Part shown: positions 10,544 to 21,015 of the stretch, piece by piece
Position numbering within the stretch: position 1 is the stretch's first letter
Layout of the letters: each line of letters starts with the position of its first letter
NCBI GenBank assembly: GCA_964612945.1
Contig: CAZTFR010000001.1
Span: 24,418 to 88,417, forward strand
Length of the DNA: 64,000 nt
Reading direction: 5' to 3'
DNA from: an uncultured Thermoplasmatales archaeon
Lineage (GTDB): Archaea; Thermoplasmatota; E2; DHVEG-1
Position numbers and translations under genes: made by a program
Notes under the pieces: model-generated
Database searches by the model: none
What the model was told of the DNA's origin: nothing
Seen by the model: only the letters and a program-made list of their open reading frames with translations

Positions 10544-11501
10544 CATAAAAAACGATACCATACTTCTCACCGGTGGTAACGGCTTTCTGGGAAGTCACAC
10601 CGTCGAACGATTCCACCAAGACGGAGCAAAAAATATCGTCACTTTTTCAAGTAAAGACTATGATCTCCGAAAAGAAGAGCAGGTCAAACAGCTCTTCGAT
10701 GATCATCCAAAAATTGATATCGTAATCCACATAGCAGCAGATGTAGGAGGTATCAAATACAGTAGCACCTATCCCGGTCAACAATACTACAATAATATCA
10801 TGATGAACACCCTCATCCTTCATTATTCCTACCTCAACAAAGTAAAAAAAGTTGTAGGCATAGGAAGCGTCTGCGAATACCCAGAAATAACACCAGTACC
10901 CTTCAAAGAAGACGATGTGTGGAATGGCTACCCGGTACCCACCAATGATGCCTATGGACTTTCAAAACGCTCCCTTCTTGCTCAAAGCATTGCATATAAC
11001 AAACAATATGGATTCAACGCGATTCATCTCCTCCCAATCAATCTCTATGGTCCCCGGGATGATTTCAGCCTTGAAAACTCACATGTCATTCCTGCCCTTA
11101 TCATAAAGTTTGATGAAGCAACAAGAATGGGAAAACAATCCGTTGACGTATGGGGGAGCGGAGAAGCAAGCAGGGAATTTGTATATGCTGAGGATGCTGC
11201 TGATGCTATTGTTCTTGCCACTAAAAATTATAACAAAATAGATCCTGTAAATATTGGGACGGGCACAGAAATAAAGATTCAACACTTAGCAACTACCATT
11301 GCAAATCTGATGGGCTATAAAGGAGACATCGTCTTTGATAAAACACAACCCGAAGGACAACTTCGCCGCCAGTTAGATATCTCCAAAGCAAAAAAAGAAT
11401 TTGGGTTTACCGCCCAGACTTCACTTGAAAAAGGATTACAAAAAACAATTGAATGGTACCGTAAGAAACGATCTCAATTTGTTAACCAAATTCGTACTTA
11501 G
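10530..11501 (+). CDS. fcl: GDP-L-fucose synthase-like (GDP-4-keto-6-deoxy-mannose 3,5-epimerase/4-reductase)
   Basis: [13 protein letters not shown], YxxxK and the overall GMER-like pattern. Overlaps the gmd stop by 14 nt. Confidence 0.7.
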   Translation: MQTFDIKNDTILLTGGNGFLGSHTVERFHQDGAKNIVTFSSKDYDLRKEEQVKQLFDDHPKIDIVIHIAADVGGIKYSSTYPGQQYYNNIMMNTLILHYSYLNKVKKVVGIGSVCEYPEITPVPFKEDDVWNGYPVPTNDAYGLSKRSLLAQSIAYNKQYGFNAIHLLPINLYGPRDDFSLENSHVIPALIIKFDEATRMGKQSVDVWGSGEASREFVYAEDAADAIVLATKNYNKIDPVNIGTGTEIKIQHLATTIANLMGYKGDIVFDKTQPEGQLRRQLDISKAKKEFGFTAQTSLEKGLQKTIEWYRKKRSQFVNQIRT

Positions 11502-11583
11502 TGATTGTAACATATACCATATTTTATAAATTGTTTTGAAATAATTATTATACGGGAAATACCATGGGAGGCAGTGATTCAAA

Positions 11584-13248
11584 ATGAAATTAACAGAAAT
11601 GCATCACAGAACTCTTCTTTCAATTGGTAGAAAGATCCTTGACGGACTTCATATAAAAATACTTCTGTATAATTCATTGATTGCTATTGCTCAAGAACGA
11701 GCCCTATACAAAGTAGAAAAAATCAAATCAAATTCTTCCTCCCCCCGTCTCAATCCTGAGGGGAAAAAAATTATCGTCAATAGTGTCCATGGGACCTATC
11801 TCGAAGCTATTTATAAAGAGAGTGGAATGGCAAAAGCATTACAACTTCGAGGAAACAACGTAAAAATGCTTCTCTGCGGTCAAACATTGCAGGCATGTAC
11901 TGGTCTTTTTAATGAAACAGTGCCACCAAATAAAGGAATGTGTAGAAATTGTGTGTATTTCTCAAAAAAATTTTACACCATCGCCGAGTTACCCTTTGCA
12001 TATTATTCAGAATATATATCTACCGAGACTCTTCAAAAAATAAACGATATAGTAACCAATCTCACTGAAGAAGAAAGTCTTACGTATATCTATAAAGGAG
12101 TTCGTGTTGGCTTTCATACGCATAATTCACTATTGCGATTTTACAAAGGCAATGATCCCCAAGAAAGTAAATATGATTATACTTCTTTACTTCTAAAGCG
12201 TCTTACCAATGCAATGATTGCCACTGAAGTTGCTGCAAAAGTTGTTGAAAAGGAAAAACCAGATATTCTTCTCACATCCCATGGCTGTTATAGTTCCTGG
12301 GGGAGCTTTGCTGAATATTTTATGAATAAAGGAATTCGTACACGGGTATGGTATACAGGAATTAAGAAAAACTCGTTAATTTTTGATGTCAGTAGTCTCT
12401 CCGATCATTTTAAAATGTACTATGACCAACGCAAGAGAAAATCATTGTCAAAAAAAGAAGAAAAAGAACTGCAAACATTTCTTAAAAAAAGGAAAACAGG
12501 TGAACGAGGCGGAGGAGATACCTACTTCTTCGGATTTGAACAACCAAGCAGCAATCTTCAGCAACAATTTCACTTTAAAAAATATAATACGACCTACATG
12601 ATGTTTCCCAATATACCATGGGATGCTTCATTAGTAAATGCGAATCGAGCGTTTCAAGGAGTCTATGAATGGATTTCAGAGACCATCCAGCTGTTTATGA
12701 AGAAATCAGACCTGCAATTAATCATCAAAATACATCCTGCTGAGACAAAATATCATGATTCAAAGAAGACCGTTCTGGATTTTATACAAACGACATGCCC
12801 GCATCTTCCCCCTAATATTTCAATCATACCTCCACATACAAATCTTTCTGCCTACTCGCTTTTCCCCTATATCGATGTTGGATTGGTCTATAATGGGACT
12901 ATCGGCCTGGAATTATTGCTGCATGACATTCCGGTTATACTTGCAGGAAAGATACACTATTCAGACAGAGGACTCACCTATGATGTGACAAACAAAAAAG
13001 ACTATGCCACTTTTCTTTTCGATAAAAAGCTCTCAAGCTTATCAAAACAGAAAAAACAACTTCTTCATATCTATGCATATTTTCATTTTATCAAAAATTA
13101 CATACCCTACCCTATTCTTTACTTCAACAGTTTTCTCGATCATGGATGGAACATTACATCATTTGATGATCTTGCAAAAGGTAAAAATACATATATTGAT
13201 AAAATATGTGAATACATCTTGGAAAAAAATATTTATCAAGACTGGTAG
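11584..13248 (+). CDS. TagF/KpsC-like (Glyphos_transf/Capsule_synth-like) putative glycosyl- or nonulosonate transferase
   Basis: 554 aa with LIIKIHPAETKYHD (K-x-HP catalytic-His motif shared by TagF and KpsC/KpsS). Shares this motif with 21016.. and 29907.. paralogs. Confidence 0.4.
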   Translation: MKLTEMHHRTLLSIGRKILDGLHIKILLYNSLIAIAQERALYKVEKIKSNSSSPRLNPEGKKIIVNSVHGTYLEAIYKESGMAKALQLRGNNVKMLLCGQTLQACTGLFNETVPPNKGMCRNCVYFSKKFYTIAELPFAYYSEYISTETLQKINDIVTNLTEEESLTYIYKGVRVGFHTHNSLLRFYKGNDPQESKYDYTSLLLKRLTNAMIATEVAAKVVEKEKPDILLTSHGCYSSWGSFAEYFMNKGIRTRVWYTGIKKNSLIFDVSSLSDHFKMYYDQRKRKSLSKKEEKELQTFLKKRKTGERGGGDTYFFGFEQPSSNLQQQFHFKKYNTTYMMFPNIPWDASLVNANRAFQGVYEWISETIQLFMKKSDLQLIIKIHPAETKYHDSKKTVLDFIQTTCPHLPPNISIIPPHTNLSAYSLFPYIDVGLVYNGTIGLELLLHDIPVILAGKIHYSDRGLTYDVTNKKDYATFLFDKKLSSLSKQKKQLLHIYAYFHFIKNYIPYPILYFNSFLDHGWNITSFDDLAKGKNTYIDKICEYILEKNIYQDW

Positions 13249-13256
13249 CGTTAGAT

Positions 13257-14225
13257 ATGATGCAAACAAAGCCCCTGAATCTTCTTTTTTTTGGACTTGG
13301 CTCAATTGGGTTACGACATGCACAATTAATTCAAAATCATTTCAATCATCATCTCTTTGCATACCGAACTGGGAAAGGTGAAGAAAAAAAGCAGTTATCC
13401 CTCTCTGAGTTCACCGATCCGCAGGAAGCTTTTTCTGTTCATCCGGATATCGCCTTTATAACAAACCCAACCTATCTTCACGTGGATACGGCGATTTCCT
13501 GTGCAGAACATGATGTCTCTCTTTTTTTTGAAAAACCACTTTCCCACACTTTAGATAATCTTAATCTGCTGAAGACTCTTGTGAAAAACAAAAAGTTGTT
13601 TACCTATGTCGCCTATAATTTACGATTTCACCCTATTCTAATGAAACTAAGAGATCTTCTACAAGAAAAAGAGGTAGAATATTTTCGCGTATCATGTTGC
13701 TCGTATCTGCCGCATTGGCGCCCAAATCAAGACTATACAAAATCCTATAGCGCACAGAGTCTACTTGGAGGGGGAGCAATACTCGAACTCTCTCATGAAT
13801 TTGATTATATCTCTTGGATTTTTGGAAAAATCACCTCCCTTTCGGGATTCTGCGGCAAACAAAGTACGTTGAGTATTGATTGTGAGGATGTGGTTGACGC
13901 TCATATAACCTGTGAAAAAAATAGAGAGGGAAGTCTATATCTTAATCTATTCAGTTTTACAAATGAAAGGATGATACAAGTGTTTTGTTCTGATGTACAG
14001 TATGAAGCTGATTTAATAAAAAATACATTGACAACGGTATCCAATAAGGGAAAAAAACGGACCACAACCTTCAAGATAACTAGAAACGAACTGTATTTAA
14101 GACAGCTTCACTATGTTTTTAATCAATTTTTACAAAAGAGAAACGACACTATGAATGATATTGATGAGGCGAGTGCTCTTTTAAAAACTATCATAAAATT
14201 TAAGACAGAACAGTGTATCAAATAA
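13257..14225 (+). CDS. Gfo/Idh/MocA-family oxidoreductase
   Basis: LNLLFFGLGSIGLRH N-terminal Rossmann fold and the EKP motif (FFEKPLS). Confidence 0.6.
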   Translation: MMQTKPLNLLFFGLGSIGLRHAQLIQNHFNHHLFAYRTGKGEEKKQLSLSEFTDPQEAFSVHPDIAFITNPTYLHVDTAISCAEHDVSLFFEKPLSHTLDNLNLLKTLVKNKKLFTYVAYNLRFHPILMKLRDLLQEKEVEYFRVSCCSYLPHWRPNQDYTKSYSAQSLLGGGAILELSHEFDYISWIFGKITSLSGFCGKQSTLSIDCEDVVDAHITCEKNREGSLYLNLFSFTNERMIQVFCSDVQYEADLIKNTLTTVSNKGKKRTTTFKITRNELYLRQLHYVFNQFLQKRNDTMNDIDEASALLKTIIKFKTEQCIK

Positions 14226-14241
14226 AAAAAGGGGTTTTTCT

Positions 14242-14943
14242 ATGAATATACTGGGCACAATATGTGCACGGGGGGGTTCTAAAGGAGTCAAAAATAAAAA
14301 TATCCGTCTACTTAAGGGCAAACCACTGCTATCCTATACAATAGAGTATCTTAAGAAATGGGGAAAGGCATCGCATATAGTGTGTTCCACAGATTCACCA
14401 CAAATTGCAGAGATTGCGAAGGAATATGGTGCTGAAATACCCTGTTTACGACCACCGGAGCTGGCAACTGATACCGTCTCAAAACTTCTTGTCTTGCAGC
14501 ATTTAATTACCATTGCTCAAGAGCAAAAAAACATAACATATGATGTCGTCGTTGATATAGATCCAACGGCGCCGTTAAGAAAACAACACCACCTTGAGGA
14601 AGCGTTTCGTAAATTTCGAACAAGTGATGCTAATAATTTATATAGTGTATGCAAAGCTCGAAAAAACCCGTATTTCAACATGGTAGAAGTAGATACCAAA
14701 GGATACGCACATTTATCAAAAGAGAGCACAGTTGTCCGACGGCAGGATGCTCCCACGGTCTATGAGATGAATGCATCGATCTATATCTATGATGCTCGTT
14801 TCTTACTCTCTACTACAGCCCTTCATTCCGATAAAACAATCATTTATGAAATGCCTGCTATTTCATCCATAGATATTGATACAGAGCTGGATTTTTTCTT
14901 TATTGAATATTTATTAGAAAAAGAGGTGTTTACGTTTGACTAA
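14242..14943 (+). CDS. neuA: acylneuraminate cytidylyltransferase-like (CMP-nonulosonate synthetase)
   Basis: ILGTICARGGSKGVKNKNIRLLKGKPLLSYTI is the canonical CMP-NeuAc synthetase N-terminus. Confidence 0.75.
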   Translation: MNILGTICARGGSKGVKNKNIRLLKGKPLLSYTIEYLKKWGKASHIVCSTDSPQIAEIAKEYGAEIPCLRPPELATDTVSKLLVLQHLITIAQEQKNITYDVVVDIDPTAPLRKQHHLEEAFRKFRTSDANNLYSVCKARKNPYFNMVEVDTKGYAHLSKESTVVRRQDAPTVYEMNASIYIYDARFLLSTTALHSDKTIIYEMPAISSIDIDTELDFFFIEYLLEKEVFTFD

Positions 14944-15733
14944 GAAAATATTTCCCAACCGCTTTTTGTTAACTGATAAAATTGCACTAATCACTGGAGG
15001 TGCTGGACTTCTTGGCTCTGCTGCAGTTCAAGGCCTTGCAGAAGCACAGGCAACAGTGTACATTTTAGATACCGATAAGCATGCCAGTACGACAATTGTT
15101 GAAAAAGCTACAAACCAGGGACTCAACGTCAACTGGATGCCTTTTGATATCACCAGTACTGAATCGATCAAAAAGGGATTTAAGAAGATGTATGAAAAAG
15201 AAGATTCCATTGATATATTGGTGAATACTGCATACCCTCGAACTAAGGATTGGGGTGCTGCCTTTGAAGATATACGATATGATTCTTGGCGAAAAAATGT
15301 GGATATGCATATGAATGGATATGCTTTTTGTTGTCTTGAAGTTGCAAAATATATGAAACAACAAAAAACGGGCTGTCTCATCAATTTTGGATCTACCTAT
15401 GGGCTTGTTGGTCCTGATTTTTCGATTTATGAGGGAACGCAGATGACCATGCCGGCGGCATATGCTGCAATTAAAGGCGGTATTATAAATTTCACAAGAT
15501 ATCTTGCAACATATTTAGGGTCGGATGGCATTCGGGCTAATGTTATCTGTCCGGGTGGCATACGTGATAAACAACCTGCCGGTTTTATCAAAAAATATGA
15601 AGCGAAAACACCCCTTGGACGGATGGGTTCACCAGAGGATATTGCCGCCCCCGTTGTGTTTTTAGCATCAGATGCCGCATCGTATATTTCCGGTCATGTA
15701 TTAATGGTTGATGGCGGATGGACAGCATGGTAG
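14936..15733 (+). CDS. short-chain dehydrogenase/reductase (TTG start)
   Basis: IALITGGAGLLGSAA TGxxxGxG and YxxxK (YAAIKGG). Frame begins with TTG overlapping the upstream stop. Confidence 0.65.
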   Translation: MTKKIFPNRFLLTDKIALITGGAGLLGSAAVQGLAEAQATVYILDTDKHASTTIVEKATNQGLNVNWMPFDITSTESIKKGFKKMYEKEDSIDILVNTAYPRTKDWGAAFEDIRYDSWRKNVDMHMNGYAFCCLEVAKYMKQQKTGCLINFGSTYGLVGPDFSIYEGTQMTMPAAYAAIKGGIINFTRYLATYLGSDGIRANVICPGGIRDKQPAGFIKKYEAKTPLGRMGSPEDIAAPVVFLASDAASYISGHVLMVDGGWTAW

Positions 15734-16794
15734 AATCCTGTATTGATCCTATTACAATTGCAGATAAAAAGATTGGAACTAATCATCCTACTTTTATCAT
15801 AGCTGAGGCAGGAATTAATCATAATGGTGATATCACTCTTGCAAAGCAATTAATTGATGCTGCAGTAAAGATAAAAGCAGATGCAATTAAGTTTCAAACG
15901 TATCGGTCCAATGAGATTACCATTCCTTCTACGGAGGTTCCCGCATATATTAAAAATCAAAAAAGTGCCTCTCTAAAACAAATTGATCTGCTAAAAAAAT
16001 TTGAACTGAGTTATGAGGATTTTATCACCTTAAAAAGCTATTGTGACAAAAAGGATATTATTTTTTTATCAACTCCTCATGTGATGGATGCTGTTGATTT
16101 CCTCGATAGCATGATTTCTGCCTATAAGTTTGGCTCTGGTGATCTTACCAACCATCCCATGTTGGTCCATGCTGCTCGAAAACAAAAGCCTCTAATTCTT
16201 TCGACGGGTATGGCTACGCTTTCTGAGATTCAGGCGGCACTTTCCTCGATTCGTGTAACAGGTAATAATCAAATTGTACTTCTCCATTGTACCACACAAT
16301 ATCCCTGTCCACCGCAAGAGGTAAATCTTAAAGCTCTCCGTACTCTGCAAAAGCATGGGAACTGCTTAGTGGGATACTCAGATCATAGTCTGCATAGAAT
16401 GGTGCCTGTCGTTGCGGTGTCACTTGGTGCTGTCCTTATTGAAAAACATTTTACGCTTGATAGAACGTTTTTAGGTCCTGATCATCAAGCATCCTTTGAA
16501 CCTGCTGAATTTCAGCAAATGATACAAGATATCCGTGCTGTGGAGACCATTCTTGGTACGGATAGGAAAGAACCGACTTCTTCTGAAAAAAAAATTATGG
16601 CAGTTGTCCGAAAAAGTATTGTTGCAAAAAAAAACATAAGAAAAGGAACCATTCTTACAGAGGATGAATTGACCTTTAAACGACCCGGGATAGGAATCTC
16701 ACCAGCACAGATCTCTTCATTTATTGGAAAACGGGCAAAACAAGACATCCGTAAGAATGAGCTACTACAGTCTCATATGGTTGAAGAAGAATGA
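15718..16794 (+). CDS. neuB: N-acetylneuraminate synthase family (NeuB/LegI-like) with C-terminal SAF domain
   Basis: IIAEAGINHNGDITLAKQLIDAA and FQTY motifs. About 60 aa C-terminal SAF/antifreeze-like extension. Confidence 0.85.
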   Translation: MDSMVESCIDPITIADKKIGTNHPTFIIAEAGINHNGDITLAKQLIDAAVKIKADAIKFQTYRSNEITIPSTEVPAYIKNQKSASLKQIDLLKKFELSYEDFITLKSYCDKKDIIFLSTPHVMDAVDFLDSMISAYKFGSGDLTNHPMLVHAARKQKPLILSTGMATLSEIQAALSSIRVTGNNQIVLLHCTTQYPCPPQEVNLKALRTLQKHGNCLVGYSDHSLHRMVPVVAVSLGAVLIEKHFTLDRTFLGPDHQASFEPAEFQQMIQDIRAVETILGTDRKEPTSSEKKIMAVVRKSIVAKKNIRKGTILTEDELTFKRPGIGISPAQISSFIGKRAKQDIRKNELLQSHMVEEE

Positions 16795-17936
16795 GAACAA
16801 TAGCCGTAGTTACGGGAAGCCGATCAGAATATGGATATTTACGTCCTTTAATGAAAACAATAGAACAAGACTCTCAACTGACGCTACATCCCATCATAAC
16901 AGGAATGCATTTTCTTCCACCATTTCACAAAACACAAAAAGCAATCAAAAATGATTTTCCAGAGGCTATATCTATTCCTATGCCTTTGCAAGGTGATAAT
17001 CTATATGATATGGCACAATACCTTTCACAAGGAATTGATAATTTTGCAGCGTATCTCCATCAGTCTCCCCCTGACATTCTTGTCGTTTTAGGTGACCGCT
17101 TAGAGGCACTTGCTGCAGTGCTACCTGCCGCCCTTCTCAATATTCCCATCGCCCATATTAATGGAGGAGATGTTTCTGGAACTACTATTGATGAATCCAT
17201 TCGTCATGCCCTCACTAAATTTGCTCATATACATTTTGCTCATACGAAACAGAATGCAAAGAGAATCGAAAAGATGGGTGAAGAAAAAAACCGGATATTT
17301 GTCACCGGAGCACTCACCATTGATAACATACGACAAACAACCTTTCAGTCAAAAAAAACATTATTCAAACGATTTCATCTCGATCCCCAAAAAACAACTC
17401 TTTTAGTTGTTCATCACCCAATCACCACACTTGAAGATAAAGGCTACCAACAACTGACAGAGCTCATGGAGGTTATCACCACTCTAAAATATCAAACCAT
17501 ACTGCTCTATCCAAACTGCGATGCAGGGGGACAAAAATTCGTCAAACTTATTGATACCCTCAGCAGTCATCCCTTCATTTATTCATTAAATGCACTGCCC
17601 AATAACGAGTATCTAAATCTTTTAAAACATGTAGATATCATGCTAGGTAATTCAAGTAGCGGAATTATTGAGGCCCCCTATTTTCAAACCCCTGTTATAA
17701 ATATTGGATCACGACAACAAGGAAGAGCACGATCAGTAAATATTGTTGATGTCAAACCAGAAAAAGAAGAAATTCTCAAAGCAGTTCACTATGTCTTAAC
17801 AGATAAGGCCTTTCAAAAAAAGCTGAAGAGCTGTGAAAACATATTCGGAGATGGGCATGCCGCTCAAAAAATAGTAACTGTTTTAAAAACAATCAAACTC
17901 ACCCCGTCACTTATTCAAAAACAAATAACATACTAA
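16791..17936 (+). CDS. neuC: UDP-N-acetylglucosamine 2-epimerase (hydrolysing), NeuC/LegG-like
   Basis: IAVVTGSRSEYGYLRPLM N-terminus and HINGGDVSGT motif. ATGA overlap with neuB. Confidence 0.8.
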   Translation: MRTIAVVTGSRSEYGYLRPLMKTIEQDSQLTLHPIITGMHFLPPFHKTQKAIKNDFPEAISIPMPLQGDNLYDMAQYLSQGIDNFAAYLHQSPPDILVVLGDRLEALAAVLPAALLNIPIAHINGGDVSGTTIDESIRHALTKFAHIHFAHTKQNAKRIEKMGEEKNRIFVTGALTIDNIRQTTFQSKKTLFKRFHLDPQKTTLLVVHHPITTLEDKGYQQLTELMEVITTLKYQTILLYPNCDAGGQKFVKLIDTLSSHPFIYSLNALPNNEYLNLLKHVDIMLGNSSSGIIEAPYFQTPVINIGSRQQGRARSVNIVDVKPEKEEILKAVHYVLTDKAFQKKLKSCENIFGDGHAAQKIVTVLKTIKLTPSLIQKQITY

Positions 17937-17949
17937 GAGGGACAAAACT

Positions 17950-18357
17950 ATGAAGGAAAAACGATTTCATCACTGGCAAATGCCTGAAATTACAGAAAGG
18001 ACACTTCACCCGAAATACCATTTCCTCGTCCATCATGTACACAAGTTATCACTTGGTGAACAAACAGACATTGGAGCATTTACCTATATGAATGCAAAAT
18101 ATGGTATAAGCATTGAAAAAAATGTGCAAATCGGATCTCACTGTTCTTTATATTCAATTTCCACTATTGACAATAAAAAGGGCCCAATCACTATAAGAGA
18201 AAATGCCCGAATTGGAACGCATTCTACGATAATGCCGGGTGTTACAATTGGGAAAAACGCGATCGTTGGCGCCTACAGTTTTGTGACACAAGATATTCCT
18301 GACAATGTTGTTGCTCATGGAATACCTACAAAAATCATTAGGAGGAGAAAAGAATGA
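17950..18357 (+). CDS. left-handed beta-helix (hexapeptide) acetyltransferase, LegH/PglD-like
   Basis: Hexapeptide repeats (IGSHCSLYSIS, IGTHSTIMPGVTIGKNAIVGAYSFV). Confidence 0.7.
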   Translation: MKEKRFHHWQMPEITERTLHPKYHFLVHHVHKLSLGEQTDIGAFTYMNAKYGISIEKNVQIGSHCSLYSISTIDNKKGPITIRENARIGTHSTIMPGVTIGKNAIVGAYSFVTQDIPDNVVAHGIPTKIIRRRKE

Positions 18358-19511
18358 AATGGAAAATACCCCTTTTCAAATCCTATTGGGAAGAAGATGA
18401 CATCGAAGCTGTTGCAGCCGTGATTCGACGGGGCACCTATTGGGCAACAGGACCTGAGATAGAACAATTTGAAAAAGAAATCGCTGAATACATAGGAAGA
18501 GATTATTGTGTTAGCTTTAACTCAGGCACATCGGCACTGCATGCGATGCTTCTTGCATATGGCATAACATCGCGTGAAGTCATCGTTCCAACATTCACTT
18601 TTATTGCTACAGCAAATACCGTTCTTCTCGCTGGTGGACGACCCGTGTTTGCTGAATCAGAACCCCACTCTTTTGGTCTGGATGCCAACGATGTGAAAAA
18701 CAAGATTACAAAAAAAACAAAAGCTATAATGCCCATGTCTTTTGGAGGGCTTGTCTGCAAGGATATGAAAGCATTACAAGATCTTTGTGAAGATCATCAT
18801 CTTCTGCTTTTAGAGGATTCTGCACAATCTCTTGGATCATCACTAGAAAATCAACTTCTTGGTACCTTTGGAGAGGCCGCGATGTTTAGTTTCTGTCAAA
18901 ACAAAGTGATTACCACTGGGGAGGGGGGAGTGATTGTCACAGATTCTCAAAAAATTGCCGAAAAATTAAAACTCATCCGTTCCCATGGGCGGGTAGAAAC
19001 AACCCTTCAGGATTATTTTTCAACCACTAAAGATATGGATTATATACAACTTGGATATAACTATCGTATGCCCTCGATGATTGCGGCACTCGGATGCTCT
19101 CAGTTACAAAAAATTGAAAAAACAATTGCTATGAGACAGCAAAATGCATACTATTACACAAAAAATCTATCAGGACTTCCTAAGGTTATGCCACCATCTC
19201 CTCATACGAATCAGCGCCATGTCTATCAGATGTATACAATAAAATTTGATGATACACGATCACGCAATGCAGTACAAAATTCCCTTACCAAACACGGCAT
19301 TATGAGCAAAGTATATTTTGAACCCATTCATCTGAAAACGTACTATCGTAAAACATTTGGATACAAATCTGGTGATCTCCCACAGACTGAAGATTTGTCA
19401 AAACATGTTTTAACCCTGCCCATGTATCCAAATCTTAAAAAAGAAGAAATAGATAAAATAGTTCACTGCATACAGGTACCTCTTGGGGAGAATGCGAATG
19501 GAAATTCATGA
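18354..19511 (+). CDS. DegT/DnrJ/EryC1/StrS-family sugar aminotransferase (LegC/PglE-like)
   Basis: WATGPEIEQFEKE and the PLP-Lys region FSFCQNKVITTGEGG. Confidence 0.8.
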   Translation: MKWKIPLFKSYWEEDDIEAVAAVIRRGTYWATGPEIEQFEKEIAEYIGRDYCVSFNSGTSALHAMLLAYGITSREVIVPTFTFIATANTVLLAGGRPVFAESEPHSFGLDANDVKNKITKKTKAIMPMSFGGLVCKDMKALQDLCEDHHLLLLEDSAQSLGSSLENQLLGTFGEAAMFSFCQNKVITTGEGGVIVTDSQKIAEKLKLIRSHGRVETTLQDYFSTTKDMDYIQLGYNYRMPSMIAALGCSQLQKIEKTIAMRQQNAYYYTKNLSGLPKVMPPSPHTNQRHVYQMYTIKFDDTRSRNAVQNSLTKHGIMSKVYFEPIHLKTYYRKTFGYKSGDLPQTEDLSKHVLTLPMYPNLKKEEIDKIVHCIQVPLGENANGNS

Positions 19512-20943
19512 TATTCTTGTCAAAGAAAATAAAACACTTAAAGAAGCGATGAAAACCATCGATAAATATGGGTTGCGTATTGCCTTTGTTGTTGATTCTC
19601 ATACCAATCAGTTTTTGGGGACGATTACAGATGGTGATATCCGTCGAGCTATCCTCAAAGGTGCAAATCTACAGGATCAAACTAGAAAATATATGAACCC
19701 TGATCCACTCACCGTTCGTCAAGATTGGAATGAAAATAATATTCAATCACTTCTTCAAAGTAAACAGTATAAAAAACGTATACCTGAACATGGGATGCTC
19801 TGCATACCTGTTCTTGATGAGAAAGAACGTGTTGCAGACGTAATTTTTGCTTCTGAGGATACCTTTGAAAGTGATCTTCACCCACGTATTGAGCTGAAAA
19901 ATAATATCAAAAAAGTAAAACCCGTCAATAAAGTTCTAGTTGTAGGTGGGGCAGGCTTTCTTGGATCTGTCCTAAGTAAAAAACTTCTCGAACGTGGTTA
20001 TGCAGTGCGGGTCCTTGATAACCTAACCTATGGTATCCATGGGCTGCGTTATATTTCAAATCACCCAAAATTTGAATTTATTAAAGGTGATGTTCGGGAT
20101 ATTCAAACCGTTGTTGAAGCGGTTAAAGGTGTTGATGCCGTCATTCATCTTGCCGCTATCGTGGGAGATCCTGCATCTGCGCTGGATCCGGAGGAAACCA
20201 TTGAAATTGATTATATGGCAACACGGATGCTTGCAGATATCTGTCGGTATAGCCAGATTAATAGGTTTCTATTTGCTTCCACCTGTAGCGTGTATGGGGC
20301 AAGTGTTAATCCGGAGACACAAATCGATGAGGAATCAACATTGAATCCGGTTTCATTATATGCAGAAATGAAACTACGTTCAGAGCAAGGAATTCTTGAA
20401 CTCATGGATGAAAACTTTTCACCGACTATCCTTCGAATGGCAACGTTGCACGGTCTTTCCCCCCGAATGCGATTCGACTTAGTCGTAAACACATTATCGA
20501 TCAAAGCGTTAAAAGAGCAGTGCTTTACTATTTTTGGTGGCAATCAATGGCGACCTAATCTTCACGTAAAGGATGCCGCTGAAGCATACATTTGCTGTCT
20601 GGAGGCACCATTAAACGAAATACGGGGAGAAATATTCAATATCGGGTCAAATGATGAAAATTATCGTATCATCGAACTTGGTGAACGGATCAACCAGTTA
20701 ATTCCCACAGCAAAAATGGACGTAAATAAAAAAAAGGTGGATCCAAGAAATTATAACGTGCTTTTTGATAAAATAAAGACCATTGGCTTTCACCCTCAAT
20801 ATACCATTGACGATGGCATCCAAGAGATCATTGACTCATCAAAACAAGGAGAATTTGATGATTATACGCATCCAAAATACAGCAACTATGAGTTTCTTCA
20901 ACGAGTAACAAGTGGCGAGCATCCATTATTAATCGAAATGTAA
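19483..20943 (+). CDS. CBS-pair domain fused to NAD-dependent sugar 4,6-dehydratase/epimerase (LegB/PglF-like)
   Basis: About 130 aa N-terminal CBS pair (ILVKENKTLKEAMKTIDKYGLRIAFVVD...GTITDGDIRRAIL). Then VLVVGGAGFLGS Rossmann fold and YAEMK (YxxxK). Confidence 0.7.
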   Translation: MGRMRMEIHDILVKENKTLKEAMKTIDKYGLRIAFVVDSHTNQFLGTITDGDIRRAILKGANLQDQTRKYMNPDPLTVRQDWNENNIQSLLQSKQYKKRIPEHGMLCIPVLDEKERVADVIFASEDTFESDLHPRIELKNNIKKVKPVNKVLVVGGAGFLGSVLSKKLLERGYAVRVLDNLTYGIHGLRYISNHPKFEFIKGDVRDIQTVVEAVKGVDAVIHLAAIVGDPASALDPEETIEIDYMATRMLADICRYSQINRFLFASTCSVYGASVNPETQIDEESTLNPVSLYAEMKLRSEQGILELMDENFSPTILRMATLHGLSPRMRFDLVVNTLSIKALKEQCFTIFGGNQWRPNLHVKDAAEAYICCLEAPLNEIRGEIFNIGSNDENYRIIELGERINQLIPTAKMDVNKKKVDPRNYNVLFDKIKTIGFHPQYTIDDGIQEIIDSSKQGEFDDYTHPKYSNYEFLQRVTSGEHPLLIEM

Positions 20944-21015
20944 CCGGCAAAGCCTCTTCTCTTATCTTTCAAACTTACTATTTCATAAATTTATTTTCAT
21001 AAGCATTATATAAGA

